Positions 11,000 to 22,623 of a DNA stretch of 64,000 nucleotides are shown here, piece by piece. The stretch is from Rebecca billardiae RCC1528. Taxonomy: Eukaryota; Protista; Haptophyta. Made by a program: the position numbers and the translations under genes. Location: positions 3,100,001-3,164,000 of the forward strand of contig OZ251225.1 of the NCBI GenBank assembly GCA_965240325.2. The letters run 5' to 3'. How positions within the stretch are numbered: position 1 is the first letter of the stretch; every line of letters starts with the position of its first letter. The notes under the pieces were generated by a model, which worked only from the letters and a program-made list of their open reading frames with translations, did not search any database and was not told the origin of the DNA.

Positions 11000-12298
11000 T
11001 CAGCAGCGCGATCGATGCGCGGGACTGTGAACGCGCGCGTTCACACGGCGAGCGATGTCCCCAACCGCCTCGTCCGACACGACCCCGCGCTGCTGCCGCA
11101 CCGTGCGCTCGTCCTTGGCGTACTCGGCTGTCACTTCGACAGCGCCCTCATCGCCAAAGGCGAAGACGAAAGCGTGGCGCTTGCCCCATCCATCGGCGTA
11201 CATGCGCGGCTCGTCGTACGCCTCCTCGCACGGGTCCGTGTGCACCCAGCGCCCCGATCCGGGCAGGCGCACCTCGCACCAGCAGTGGTCCGCCCAATCA
11301 GCCACCCAGCGCGCCTCGAACCCAGCGCCCCGCAGGAAAAGCAGCCACGCAAATGAGTACTCGCCGCACCGGCCGCGGCGCGCGGCGAGGATCGGCCGGA
11401 TCGAGTTGAAGCGCACGAAGCGCGAGACGCGGCCACAGCCGCTCGGTCGCTCCTCGCCCCGCTCAGCCCCATCCGCGTCCTCCGCCTGATCGGCGTCTGT
11501 GCTGCACAGGTGGAGCTCAGCCGCGGACGCGGCGCCGAGCCAGCGCTCCAGCCGGCGCGGGCCAATCGCGCCGAGGATGTGCACGTGCTCTGGCTGCTCG
11601 GAGCCGCGGCTCGGGGTGGCACACTGCGAGTGCAGGCACCCCCTGTGGTAGTAGAGGAAGCGTTGGCGGAACCACGCCAGCAGTGCGCGCAGGTGCGCCT
11701 CAGCTCGCGCGTCGGCCTGTGGGGCAGCGAGCTCTGGTTCAACCGCGAGAGTGTTGTCCGCCGTCGGCGGCGGCGCGTCGAAGCGGCGCATGTAGCGTCG
11801 CGCGGCGCGGACGCCGCGCGCGTCGCGCCGGATGCTCAGCTGCCTGCGCGCATGCCCCTCGAGCTCGCGCTCGAACCGCTCGGCGGCGGACTCCGGCGCA
11901 CGCAGCGCCGCCATGGCGTCCTTGTTTGCGACCAGCAGCCGCTGATGGCGCCATGCGCGCTGGAGATGGGCCCGCGAGTCGGCGTCGTTCTCGATGGTCA
12001 CGTTGCGGAGCCGCGCCTGGTAAAACGCGGGGGACCCACCGCGCCTCCACGCGAGGAAGCGGCAGAAATCCTCCTCGTCCGCGCCGAGCGCGTACAGCGG
12101 CGGGCGGCCGCGCGCGTCGTACCGCAGCGCGGTGGTGCGCACGCGATCGCCCGCAGCCGCCGCGCGGACGAGGCCCGATCGCGGGCGCCGTAAGATACCT
12201 CTCGCGAACCCACCGAAGCCAAGCCCCACGCGAGCCCCCGCCACCGCGCCCACGATGCAAAGCAAGCACGCGAGGCGGCATGAAGGCGGCGATGCCAT
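11000..12298 (-). CDS. PNG1: Peptide:N-glycanase (PNG1/NGLY1-like transglutaminase fold) with N-terminal signal peptide
   Basis: RRGRCGEY, RWVADWADHCWCEV, RWVHTDPCE..YDEP.MY..GWGK (Cys-His-Asp triad); start MASPPSCRLACLLCIVGAVAG chosen over upstream in-frame starts that overlap the neighbouring gene or promoter. Confidence 0.85.
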   Translation of the reverse strand: MASPPSCRLACLLCIVGAVAGARVGLGFGGFARGILRRPRSGLVRAAAAGDRVRTTALRYDARGRPPLYALGADEEDFCRFLAWRRGGSPAFYQARLRNVTIENDADSRAHLQRAWRHQRLLVANKDAMAALRAPESAAERFERELEGHARRQLSIRRDARGVRAARRYMRRFDAPPPTADNTLAVEPELAAPQADARAEAHLRALLAWFRQRFLYYHRGCLHSQCATPSRGSEQPEHVHILGAIGPRRLERWLGAASAAELHLCSTDADQAEDADGAERGEERPSGCGRVSRFVRFNSIRPILAARRGRCGEYSFAWLLFLRGAGFEARWVADWADHCWCEVRLPGSGRWVHTDPCEEAYDEPRMYADGWGKRHAFVFAFGDEGAVEVTAEYAKDERTVRQQRGVVSDEAVGDIARRVNARVHSPAHRSRC

Positions 12299-12463
12299 CG
12301 CTGCCCCGTTCGCCCACCGGCGGGCTGGTCCGCCGCCAGCACTGGCAGGTAACTTTGGAGCCGGCATCGTGGCCGTCCCGCGCCCACGTCGAATCCGCGT
12401 GGTGGGCTGTTGGCACGCGCGCGAGCGGACGTCTGGGCGCACGCCCACCGTGGTGCTGTGGGC

Positions 12464-13306
12464 ATGACTTTGGGTGACGGCGCGCGTACAAAGAAGAGGA
12501 AGGCGCGCACGGATGCCGCGGACCCGGCGCCCACCACCCCTGGGGGTGAGTCGGACGTTGCTGCCCAGCCGGCGCGCGGCGCGGCCGATCCCGCCGCCGA
12601 CGGCCGACTGCTCTACATCGGCGGTCTGCCGTTCAACTACGAGGAAGCCGACGTGCGCGCTGCCTTTGGCGAGTGCGGCGAGATCAGCCACGTGCACTGC
12701 ATGCGCTTCCCCGATACGGGCAAGTTCCGGGGGATTGCGCTCGTGACGTTTGCAGACGCGGAGGCGGCCGCGCGCGCCAAGGCGTATGATGGCACGGAGT
12801 GGGAGGGGCGGTTCCTCGTGATCAAGCCGGGGCGCGCGCTGCCCAAGGGCGCGGGCAAGACCGCGGAGCGCGACGCCGACAGCGCGCGCGGCGTCCGGCC
12901 GGACGAGCGCCCCAAGCCGCAGGGCTCGACCACGGCGTACTGCGGCAACCTCAGCTTTGACGCGGACGAGGCGGCGCTGAGACACTTCTTCGCCGACTGC
13001 CCGATCGCCGGCGTGCGCATGCCGACGGACAAGGCGACGGGGCGGCACCGCGGCATCGCGTTCGTCGAGTTCGAGGACGACGCGGCGCTCGAGCGCGCGA
13101 TGGGCCGCAACGGCGAGCTGCTGCTCGGGCGCGAGGTGGCGATGCACTACTCCACCACGACCGGGCCCAGCGCCAAGCAGCGCGCGGCGGCGGCGGCGGC
13201 GGCACGGGCAGCACCGCAGGCTGGGGCGGCCGCGGCAGATGGTGGCGCTGGCCGACGCCGGAAAGGCGGGGTCGGAGCCAAGCAACGGCGTCAAGCGGCC
13301 AGGTGA
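12464..13306 (+). CDS. Two-RRM RNA-binding protein (nucleolar Nop13/nucleolin-like)
   Basis: LYIGGL..RGIALVTF and AYCGNL..RGIAFVEF RNP2/RNP1 motifs; KKRK NLS-like N-terminus; 3' end less certain. Confidence 0.85.
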   Translation: MTLGDGARTKKRKARTDAADPAPTTPGGESDVAAQPARGAADPAADGRLLYIGGLPFNYEEADVRAAFGECGEISHVHCMRFPDTGKFRGIALVTFADAEAAARAKAYDGTEWEGRFLVIKPGRALPKGAGKTAERDADSARGVRPDERPKPQGSTTAYCGNLSFDADEAALRHFFADCPIAGVRMPTDKATGRHRGIAFVEFEDDAALERAMGRNGELLLGREVAMHYSTTTGPSAKQRAAAAAAARAAPQAGAAAADGGAGRRRKGGVGAKQRRQAAR

Positions 13307-14107
13307 GGCCGCGGCCCGTGCCGATCCCGTACTCCCCGGCATCAGACGTACGTCGGGACGTTCCCCCGATGCGGCGATGTCTGATGTCTGCTGATGCCGA
13401 CCGGGGACGCACGCACTGTCGAGCTCGAACGCACGACGAGACAGTCGTCACTCGTCAGCAGTGACTCACCATCGGTCGCAGTGGGCGCCTCGGCGGAAGC
13501 CCTACCCTGGCCAGCCCCGCTTCTGTTATCATAGGTGGGTTTGTGGCTAGTATCAGTGGAGCGCCGCCACTATGAACCAGGACTCCGCAGCGGCTCGTCC
13601 TCATTAATACAGTACCCCCATACATGAGTAAAGTCGTTGGCGGATTGATATTGATAGTCATTATGTACGTTGATACAGTTACACGACGCGCTAATCTTAT
13701 CATATCAGTCGCTCATCATGATGAGGTCATACTTGCCCTACTGCGCACCCCATTATAGTATTATTCAGACCGTACCCACCTCCTGCCGGAAGTTACGTTT
13801 GAGGACCCCTCCGCCCTCCCCGTACAATCCCTACTTCGCTCGCGATTCAGCTGGATTCGCCGAGCGTTGGGTACGTACGCACCGGGCTCCTGTCGTCTCG
13901 ACGGGCTCTCGACCACAACCGGGTCCGGGAGCCGCGCCGGCTTCACCCCTTTGAGCACCCGAGTGAGCCAAAAGAGGCACAGGCATAAACGCACGCCGCC
14001 CCTGTCCACCCCACCGAGGGCGAGGGAGAGCCCCACCGACTCCGCGGGCGACAGCGGACTGCTCACGGGCAGCCGCGGCCCTCGGCACATCGTCGAGCGC
14101 GCACGCC

Positions 14108-15794
14108 ATGTGCACCGTTGTCGACATCGCGGCCCAGCTGCACTCGCTGCCGGATGCGGGCGCGACAGACGAGCCGCTTGACGAGGAAAGCTCGCAGGCG
14201 ATCGCGCAGCTCGCCAGGGCATTGTCAGAGGCGCGCAGCGAGGAGGACGAGTCAGCGCTCGTGAGTGATATTCGCCGCACGGGCGTGGTCGGGCCCATCG
14301 TGCGCATCCTCTCGCACCGCCGGGACGACACGCAGCTGATGTACGTCGGCCTCTCGATCCTAGTCAACCTCGCCGACGCGGGCGGGGCAGATGTGGTGCT
14401 TCTGCACAGGGGAGGCGACCTGCTCATCGAGCTGCTGAGCGCGGAGGATGTGAACATTGCGTACTACGCGGTCGCCGGCGTGCAGAACGTGCGCTGGCGC
14501 TGCGCGCACCCCGTCGCGCTGCCGCGCGCGCGCTCGCGCGCCGGCCGTGCGCTCACCCCCGGCTCACGCGTCCCCACGCGCGCGGTGCTCGCGGATGCGT
14601 GCGCAGCTGTCGTGCTCGCCCGACTGCGTGCACCTGGTGTTAGACGCGCGCGCCGACGAGCTGCTGCGCACGATGCTCAAAGAGAGCGAGAACCAGCACA
14701 TCAAGCGCTGCGCTGCGGGCGCGCTCGCAAACATCCGAGCGTCTGCACCGTACAAGGCGCGCCTGGCGGCAGAGCGCACGGCGGAGGAGCGCATGGCTGC
14801 GCAGGGCCCGCCGGCCTCGCCGTCCGCCTCGTCCACGTCGAGCCGAAGCTCCTTCAAGCCGCGCAAGTGGTCGCCGCGCTCGGAGGAGTCTCTGCAGCGC
14901 GCGCTCGAGGCGCGCATTAAGAGCGACGCGCTCGTGTTTGAAACGAGGTGGCGCGCCGCGGTGCTGCTGCAGGCGGCGGCGCGGCGCCGGCTGGGCGTGC
15001 GCGCCCTGCAGGCGCTGCAGTGGCGGGAGCGCGCGATCGACATCGCGGAGGTGCTCGACGGGGCCCACGATGACCTCGAGCCGCTCCCCGACGAGCGCGT
15101 CGCCGAGCTCACAGCGATCGCGACCCGCCTGCGCTCTGCGTGCGACACCTCGGCCGAGACCAAGGCCGCGGTGCTCAAGCTCGCCACCGAGCTCTCCGAG
15201 GCGGACGACGCGCTCTGCCTGCCGTTGTTGCGAACGGTCGCGCAGCTCGACCCGATCCGCCCGCTCGTGCGGCTGCTGAGCACCGTCGACCCGGCCGCGC
15301 ACGCGCACCTGATGCACATCGGGCTGTCCGCCCTTGTGAACCTCGCGGACATCGGCGGCGCCGCGCTGCTCAACCGCGCCGGCGGTGTGGACCTGCTGCT
15401 CCGCATGCTGCCGTCGTCGGACGAGTCGGTCGCGTTCCTCGCGGCCGCGGGTGTGCACAACGTGCTGAGCACGCGCAAGATGCTCGACGACGCGGAGTGC
15501 ATGACCGCGATGCTGCGGCACAGCGCGGAGGCCGCGCTCGACTCGCTTGTCGAGCACCCGAACGAGTCGGTGAGCAGGTCAGCGGCGGGCGCACTCGCCA
15601 ACCTCTCGCAATCCGCGGTGCTGCAGCAGCTGAAGGATGCGCTGGCCGTCGCCGAGCACTACAGGTCGCAGGCCCAGCTGGACATGCGCGAGCAGTCCAA
15701 GGGCGGCATGCCGGGCATCGCGGGCAGCTGCGACGGATCTCCGCGCTCCGTCGCGGCGGAGCTCGCCAACATGACCGTGTACGACGCTGTCTGA
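14108..15794 (+). CDS. Armadillo-type repeat protein with internal duplication and IQ-like motif; intron 14489-14606
   Basis: Two homologous modules (GLS.LVNLAD.GGA..G.DLL..L..AGV.N..AAGALAN) flanking AAVLLQAAARRRL. Confidence 0.7.
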
Positions 15795-16385
15795 CCGGAC
15801 GAGTCCGGGACCCGGGCGCACCCAGCCCCGCGGCGTCCTCGTCGCTGTCGTCACAGACCGCAGTCACGATGGACGATTGTACCTATTGCTTGCGCCATGC
15901 CTCGCGGCGCCCGCGGATTCTCATCGTCATAATAACTATTAAATTATTATAAATAATTATTAGAATAATTAAGCTGTTGACTAATAAGCTACTAATCCAC
16001 GGTAAGACTTAACACTCGCCTAACAGTTTCAGTCGACAAATCGACAAATCGACATACAGAATCCAGACGACAATCCTGCGAAATATTAATATATAGATAT
16101 TATATATATTTAAATAATTCGCAGCATCATCAATATTTGCCGCGGCGTGCCGAGCGCTCCGAACGAATTCTTATTCGAACTGTCAAAACGAAGGCGCTCA
16201 GGCGCTCAGCCACTCCGCGAGACCCGTGATGACGACAACCGAAACTTGGAAGACGAGGTCCGCGAATCCGGAATCGCGATGATATGGCGATTGTCGATTC
16301 ACAGACCCGGGCTGCTTCAACCGAAGGCCAGGCCGCAACGACTGCACCCTGCGTGCCACGACGGCCGAGCGGCACCGCCACCCGA

Positions 16386-17651
16386 TCAGTCAAGGTCCTC
16401 GAGCGACGCCTCCACGCGCGCGTCGTCGAGCTGCCCCTCGCCCTCCGCCGCGGCCGGCTCGGGCTTTGCGTCCGCCTCGGCGAGCGCGGCCTCGACCTCC
16501 TCCGCCGCGTCGTCCAGATCCTCGCCGAAGATGTCCGCCTCGTCCGCGTCCTCGAAGCGGGCCTGCGCGCCGTTGGTCGCGGCGCCCTCGGCCTTCTCGG
16601 CCTTCTCGCGCTCCTTCTCCTGCAGCTTGGCCCGCGTCCGCTCCTGCACGTACACCTGCTCGTCCACAGCGGGGAACTCGCCACGCGCCGCGCCCTCGGC
16701 ACTCCACTCGCGCAGGTAGCTGCGGCGCACGCGCGCGCAGGGCGGGGCGGGTGGCAGCGGGTGGGCGGCGCGAGGCAGCGGCGTCTGCGGGGGCCGCGCG
16801 GCACGCGGCGCGTACCGCTCGATGTGCTTGAACTTGCGCTCCACGGCGTATTCGAGCGCCGTCTTGCCGGCAGCAGCGGCTGCCTCCGCCGCGTCGGCGT
16901 GCGCGTCGGCGTGCTCCCCGACTGCTGCGTCGCCCGCGGGGGCGGGTGCATCGGCGCTCGCGCCGGCGTGGAGCGGTGCGTCGGTGGGCGGCGTGTCCGT
17001 CAGCTCCGGATCCGCGCCGAGCTTCATCAGCGCGTCCACCGCGCGCGGGCGGTTCCCGAGCACGGCGACCATGAGCGCCGTGCGACCCCACACGTCACGA
17101 GCGTCCAGCGAGCCCGCGTGCGCGTCAACAAGCGCGCGGACGACGCCCGCGTCGCCCGTGCCGCTCGCGCAGTGCGTGAGCGCCGTTCGTGCGTGCACAT
17201 CGCGAGCGGACGCGTCCGCGCCGAGCACGAGCAGCGCCTTCACGGTGTGCATGTGCCCCTTGCTCGCAGCGAGCATGAGGGGAGTCACGCCGCCGACGTC
17301 GGCCGTGTCCGCGGCAGCACCGCGCTCGGCGAGGAGCTGGATGGCGGGCGTACGGCCGGAGAAGGCCGCGTACGATACCGCCGTCCAGCCCAGGTGCGTG
17401 CGCGCGCCCACGTCGCACCCCTCCGTGAGCAGCTGGCGGACGAGATCGACGTGGCCGGCCTCGGCGGCCGTCATGAGCGCGGTGCGGCCGTTGGCGTCCA
17501 CGGCGCCGACGGGTGTGCCCTTCGCCTGCGCCGCGCGGAGGCCTTCGACCGATCCGCTCGCGACGGCGCGGAAGAGCTCGCGGACGTCCTCGGTCGACGG
17601 CTCACCCGTCGCTGCGGCCTCGCCCTGCGCGCCCAACTGCATCACTGCCAT
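16386..17651 (-). CDS. Ankyrin repeat protein with acidic C-terminus; intron 16720-16815
   Basis: GRTALMTAA..GH, GWTAVSYAA..G, GVTPLMLAA.KGH, GRTALMVAV, GKTALEYA. Confidence 0.9.
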   Translation of the reverse strand: MAVMQLGAQGEAAATGEPSTEDVRELFRAVASGSVEGLRAAQAKGTPVGAVDANGRTALMTAAEAGHVDLVRQLLTEGCDVGARTHLGWTAVSYAAFSGRTPAIQLLAERGAAADTADVGGVTPLMLAASKGHMHTVKALLVLGADASARDVHARTALTHCASGTGDAGVVRALVDAHAGSLDARDVWGRTALMVAVLGNRPRAVDALMKLGADPELTDTPPTDAPLHAGASADAPAPAGDAAVGEHADAHADAAEAAAAAGKTALEYAVERKFKHIERYAPRAARPPQTPLPRAAHPLPPAPPCARVRRSYLREWSAEGAARGEFPAVDEQVYVQERTRAKLQEKEREKAEKAEGAATNGAQARFEDADEADIFGEDLDDAAEEVEAALAEADAKPEPAAAEGEGQLDDARVEASLEDLD

Positions 17652-17851
17652 CTTGCCAACCGGCGACGGTTAGAGATGTGGGGCGGTTGCCCGCGCGACT
17701 GGTTCCGGACGACGCCCGCCCGGCCGGCCTTTTCCGGATCCAGAAGCGGAAGAAAAAAAACGATCAAAATCAGTTTCACATCATCATCATCATCGTTACA
17801 CGGCCCCCACTGACAACGTTTCACGATCTCTCGCGGTCGCGCGCAGCACCC

Positions 17852-20475
17852 ATGGAGCCCAGGCTGCGCGCGCTCGTGGCGGACGCGACTCGGCCCGAGC
17901 ACGCGGACCCGACGCAGCCGCTCGCCGCTGCGCTGCGCGAAGTGGACGTGGCTCAAGACCTCGGCCACACCAACCTCGACTCGCTCTCGCCCGAGGCGCT
18001 CCTCCTCTGCGCCGAGGCCGCGATCCAGGTGCGCGGACGGTGCCGCGCCCCCGCCGCGCCCGCGCTCGTGCGCCGGCCGCGCTCGTCGCTGAGCGCGCGG
18101 CCCGCCGCCTCGCGCGCGCCTCGCGCCGCCGCTGCTTCCCCGCGCGCACAGCTCGAGCGCTTCGAGGAGGCCGACCCGTACCTGCGGCGCTTCCTCCTCT
18201 CGAAGCCCGCGCCCAACCAGTTTCTTGTGCGCGCGTACTATGGCATGGCGCTGGTGGTGCACTCGCGCGTGCGGCACCTCAAGGCGGCGGAGCTGGTGAA
18301 CGGCGTGCTCGGCGCGCTGGAGTGGGTCCTGCGCGGCCTCGCCCTCGCGCGCACGCGCCCCGGCTACCGCTTCCTCGTGTACAACGGCTCGGTACATTTG
18401 TATCGCGTCGGGCGTGTGCTGCTGCGCGCCAGCCGCCGAGCGTCGCTGATCGGCGCGCTCAAGGCGGCGACGGCGGCGCTGGCGGAGGCGGAGGAGCCGG
18501 ACACGGCGTGGCGACTGCAGCTCGCCATCCAGCTCGTGTACGCCCACGCCGACGCGGACGACGCCGCCTCCGCCCTCGCCGCCGTGAGCGCCGCCGCGCC
18601 GCTCGCGGACGGTCTCGGCGCGGAGGCGGTGGAGCTGCTGTGGCGAGTGCAGCTGCACCTCGGCCGGGGCGACGTGGCGCGGCTGCGCAAGATGGCGGAG
18701 GAGAAGGCAGCCGCACCGCGGCTCAAGGCCCTCGCGCTCTGCGCCGCGCTGCGCGCCTCCGCCGCCCTCGACCACGGCGGCGCGCCGCCGCCCGACACAC
18801 ACGCGCAGCTGCTCGCGATCCTGACGGAAGTCGACCCTACGCTGGCTGAGGCGGCGCGCGCGGCGGTGGAGGCGGGCGGCGAGGCGCCGAGCAACGAGGC
18901 GGTGAGCCTGGTGCGCGAGGCGCCGCTGCACGAGGACCTCGTCGCCGCGGCGGGCGAGGTCGCCGCCGAGCTCGGCCAGCTCGACCTCGCGCAGGCGTGC
19001 GCGGAGCGGGTGATCCTCGGCGAGCGGCTCGGCACGCGCGTGCGAGCGCAGCTGGTGCGCGAGGCTGCGCGCGTGCGCCGCCTCGACGCGCACGAGGAGG
19101 GCACGGTGGCGGAGTCGAAGGTGTACACGCGGCGGATGGTGGGCGTGCGCATCGAGGCGCTCCGCCGCCTCGAGGAGGCGCTCAGCTCCGCGCAGCACGT
19201 CGGCGACGCCGATCTCATCACCGACGTAGTCCTGCTGATCCACCGGACTTTGCTGCCGCTGCTGCAGCCGGAGTTGCTGCCGGCGGTGCACCGCGCGCTG
19301 GCGCTGGGCGCGGCGGCGCTCGAGCAGATCGACTCGCCGCTCTCGGAGCTGCGCGCGCAGCTGCACGCCGAGCTCGCGCGCTGCGAGGTGCGCGCCGAGT
19401 TCCTGCACAAGGCGACGGCGCAGGTGTCGAAGGGTCTCGCGCACGACGTCACCGACGCGGCGGCGGGCGCGCGGCTCGAGCGCACGCTGCGGCCGCTCGC
19501 CGAGCGGCTGGCGCTGCGCACGGACGTGTGGGGCGAGCACGACGAGCCCGAGGTGCAGGCGTACCTGCGCTTCGAGCGCGCGCGCTCCACGCCCGAGCCG
19601 CGGCTGCGCCGCCAGGCCCTCGCCGAGTCTGCGCAGCTGCTCGCGCGCGCGCCGCTGCCCGCGGGCGCGCCGGCCGACGCGGTGCGCGAGCGAGCGCTTC
19701 TCTGGGGCGAGATGATCGCCGCGGCGTGGAAGGAGCGCATGGGGGAGCTGGTGCACGAGGTGGCGCCGCGGCTGCTCGAGCTCGAGTTCAGCCCGCACGA
19801 CGAGCCGCACGTCACGCGCGTCCAGGCCGAGGCGCACCTCGCAGTCGCCGAGGCGCACGTGCACGCGCTCGCGCGCGCCGGCCGCGCGCCGTGCTACCGG
19901 CCGCGGCCGGCGGGCGGCGGCGCGTCCGCGGACAAGGCGGGCGGCGAGGGGGGCGAGGGCGAGGCGGCGGCGGGCGCGGGCGCGGGCGGCGGCGCGGCGC
20001 CGACCGATTCGTCCCAGCCCGCGCCCGCCGACGACCTGCCGCCGCACCCGCCGCCGTCGTGGTTCGTGCGCGGGCCGGCCGCGGACGCGCCTCCGAGCGC
20101 TGCGGACGTTGACGAGCCAACTGCCACGGCCGAGCTCGTGGCGCTCGAGCACCTGCTGCGCGGGATGCGGCGCGCGCGGCTGCTGGGCGAGGAGTGGCTG
20201 CTGCTCAACGGGTGCGTGCACCTGTGGAACCACCACGTCCTCGCGTACGGCGCGCGCACCGGCGGCGCGCTCCCCCTCGAGCTGTACGACGCGACGCGCG
20301 AGGCTGTGCGGCACGTGCGCGCGCTGTGCAGCGCGCCGCAAAGCGTCGCTCGCACCGACCTGCCGTCCCTCCAGCTGGTGTGCGCGCTGGCGAACGCGCT
20401 GGCGCGGGCGCAGCTCGCGCTCGCGAAGGGCGGGGGCGACAAGCGCCCGCCGCCGGTCGACGACGAGCACGCGTA

Positions 20476-20513
<38 letters not shown>

Positions 20514-22588
20514 AGCAGGAGGCAGCGGCCAAGGCCGCGCAGGAGGCGGCCGCGGCCGCGGCGACAAGCGGAGCGGGCGCGGGCGCGGGCGCGGCGCCCG
20601 GCGGCGGCAAGGGCAAGAAGGGCGGCGCGAAGGGCTCGAGCGCGGCCAAGCCGGCGGCCGAGGCGCCCAAGGGCAAGAAGCCGCCGCCCGCCGCCGCCGC
20701 CGCCGCCTCCTCCGCCCCCGCGCCCGTCCCCGGCGGCGAGCTGAGCGCGGCCGCCGACGCTTGCCGCTGGGCGGCCGAAGTCGGCGCTGGCCGGCCGGCG
20801 GCGTATGCAGATGCAGTGCGCACGCTCGTGCGCGTGCAGATCGCGCAGGGGAGCAAGGAGCCGTGGGCGGTGGGCTCGGCGGACCCCGAGGCGAAGGCGA
20901 TCGCGCTGATCGACGCGATGGCGCTCGGCGCGCGCTCCGACCTCGCCGGCCTCGAGGCGGTCGAAGCGCTGCTCCGAACGGCGGGCGCGGCGGCGGGCGG
21001 CGGCGCCGACGGCGAAGCAGTCGGCGGCGGCGGCGGCAAGGGCGGCGGCGGCGGCAAGGGCGGTGCCGTCGCCGCGGTGCCGGCCGCCGCGCGGGCGCAG
21101 TCCGAGCTCGAGCCGCGGCACACGGGCGTCGCGCTGCACGCGCAGCTCTGGGCGCAGCTTGCCGAGCGCGCGCTCGCCCTCGGGCGCATGCCGGTCGTCG
21201 TGCGCGCGTGCGAGGCGGCGCTCGCGCTGCTGCGCGCGCGGATGGCGGCGCCGCCGTCCGCGCCGCCGATCGCGCCGTCCGAGTGGCGCTGGTTCGCGCT
21301 CGTCGAGTGGCTGCACGGCGCGGCGCTCGGCGCGCTCATCCAGGACGGCCAGCCGCGCACGCTCTCCGAGCAGCTCCGGCAGCAGGCGGCCTCGCACTAC
21401 GCCAAGGCAGTTGAGTATGCGCACGCGGCGCAGCTGCCCAAGCTGGTGCTCGCCGCGGCGCGGCGGTTTTGGGGGCAGACGCTGCCGCGCGCGCGCACGC
21501 CCGCCGCGCGCGCGCTCGCCGTGCCCGACGTGCGCCGCGTGCTCGGCGTGCTGCGCCGCTCGTCCGAGGGCGAGGCGCGCGGCGCCGCGCCCACGCCCGC
21601 GCCCGGCACGACGCCCAAGCGCGGCCGAGGCGCCGCGGCCGTTGCTTCCTCGCCTTCGCCGCTTGGCGCGCGCGGCGGCGGCGCCACGCCCGCGTCCGCG
21701 CGGCTCACGCCCGCGCGCACGCCCGGGCGCACGCCCGGCCGCAACACGCCGGGCGGCACCGTCGGCGGCACGCCCGGCGGCGTGGGCGGCGGCGGGGGGC
21801 CGGACGACGGCTCGGACTCGGACTCGGACGACGTCTCCGCCTCTGCGCAGCTGCAGCAGCAGCTGTACAGCCTCGTTCTCCTCTCGCTCTCCGAGCAGGC
21901 GCTGTGGGCGGACGGGCTGGCCGCGCTGGACGAGGCGTTCAGCGCGCTGCCGCCCTCGTGCCACGAGCCGCTGTGGGAGGCGCGCGTCACGCTGATGGTG
22001 AAGGGCGGGCGCGGGCGGCTCGTGGCGGGCGAGATGGCGCGCATCAAGGACGCCAAGCCCGACGTGCGCGCGGCCGTCTGGCTAGCGCTCGCGCGCGCGG
22101 CGCCGTCGCGCGCGGAGACGCTCACGGCGTTCAGGCGAGCGCTCGGCGCGCTGGCGGGCGAGCCGCTGGCGCAGGCGAACGTGTACGTCGAGTTCGGCGA
22201 GTGGCTCTTCGCGTCGGGCTTCCCGACGAAGGACGCGGAGGACCAGATGCTCGCGGCGGTCGACCTGCTGATGGACCTGGACGACGAGGCGGACGAGGGC
22301 GGCGCCGACGACGGCGGCGGCAGCGTGGCCGGCGGCGACGTCATGTCGCAGGTGATGTCCGATCTGGGGGCGGCGTCGGCCATCGACCGAGCGTCGTACG
22401 TGTCGGGCGCGGGGCGCGGCGGCGGCGGGCGCTCGGTCGCGAGCGGCTCGGTGGTCTCCGGCTTCTCCGCCGCGGGCGTGGGCAGCCCGCAGAGCGGCGC
22501 GCGCGGCGGGCGGCGCGCGGCCGCCGGCCTCGCCGCCACCTCCCTCGCCTCGGGCAGCATGGCTGGCAGCGTGGTCGGAAGTCGAGCG

Positions 22589-22623
<35 letters not shown>

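Noticed and set aside
12299-13342. N-terminal 348 aa of the 780-aa PNGase ORF
   Set aside because: Antisense to the RRM gene; not a real fusion
16076-16124. ctgcgaa...ttcgcag AT-rich hairpin as an intrinsic terminator
   Set aside because: Eukaryotic locus; AT-rich palindromes arise easily by chance
17513-17851. 5' extension of the 3203-aa ORF
   Set aside because: Overlaps the ankyrin gene and shared promoter; CFAP46 similarity begins near ATG 17852
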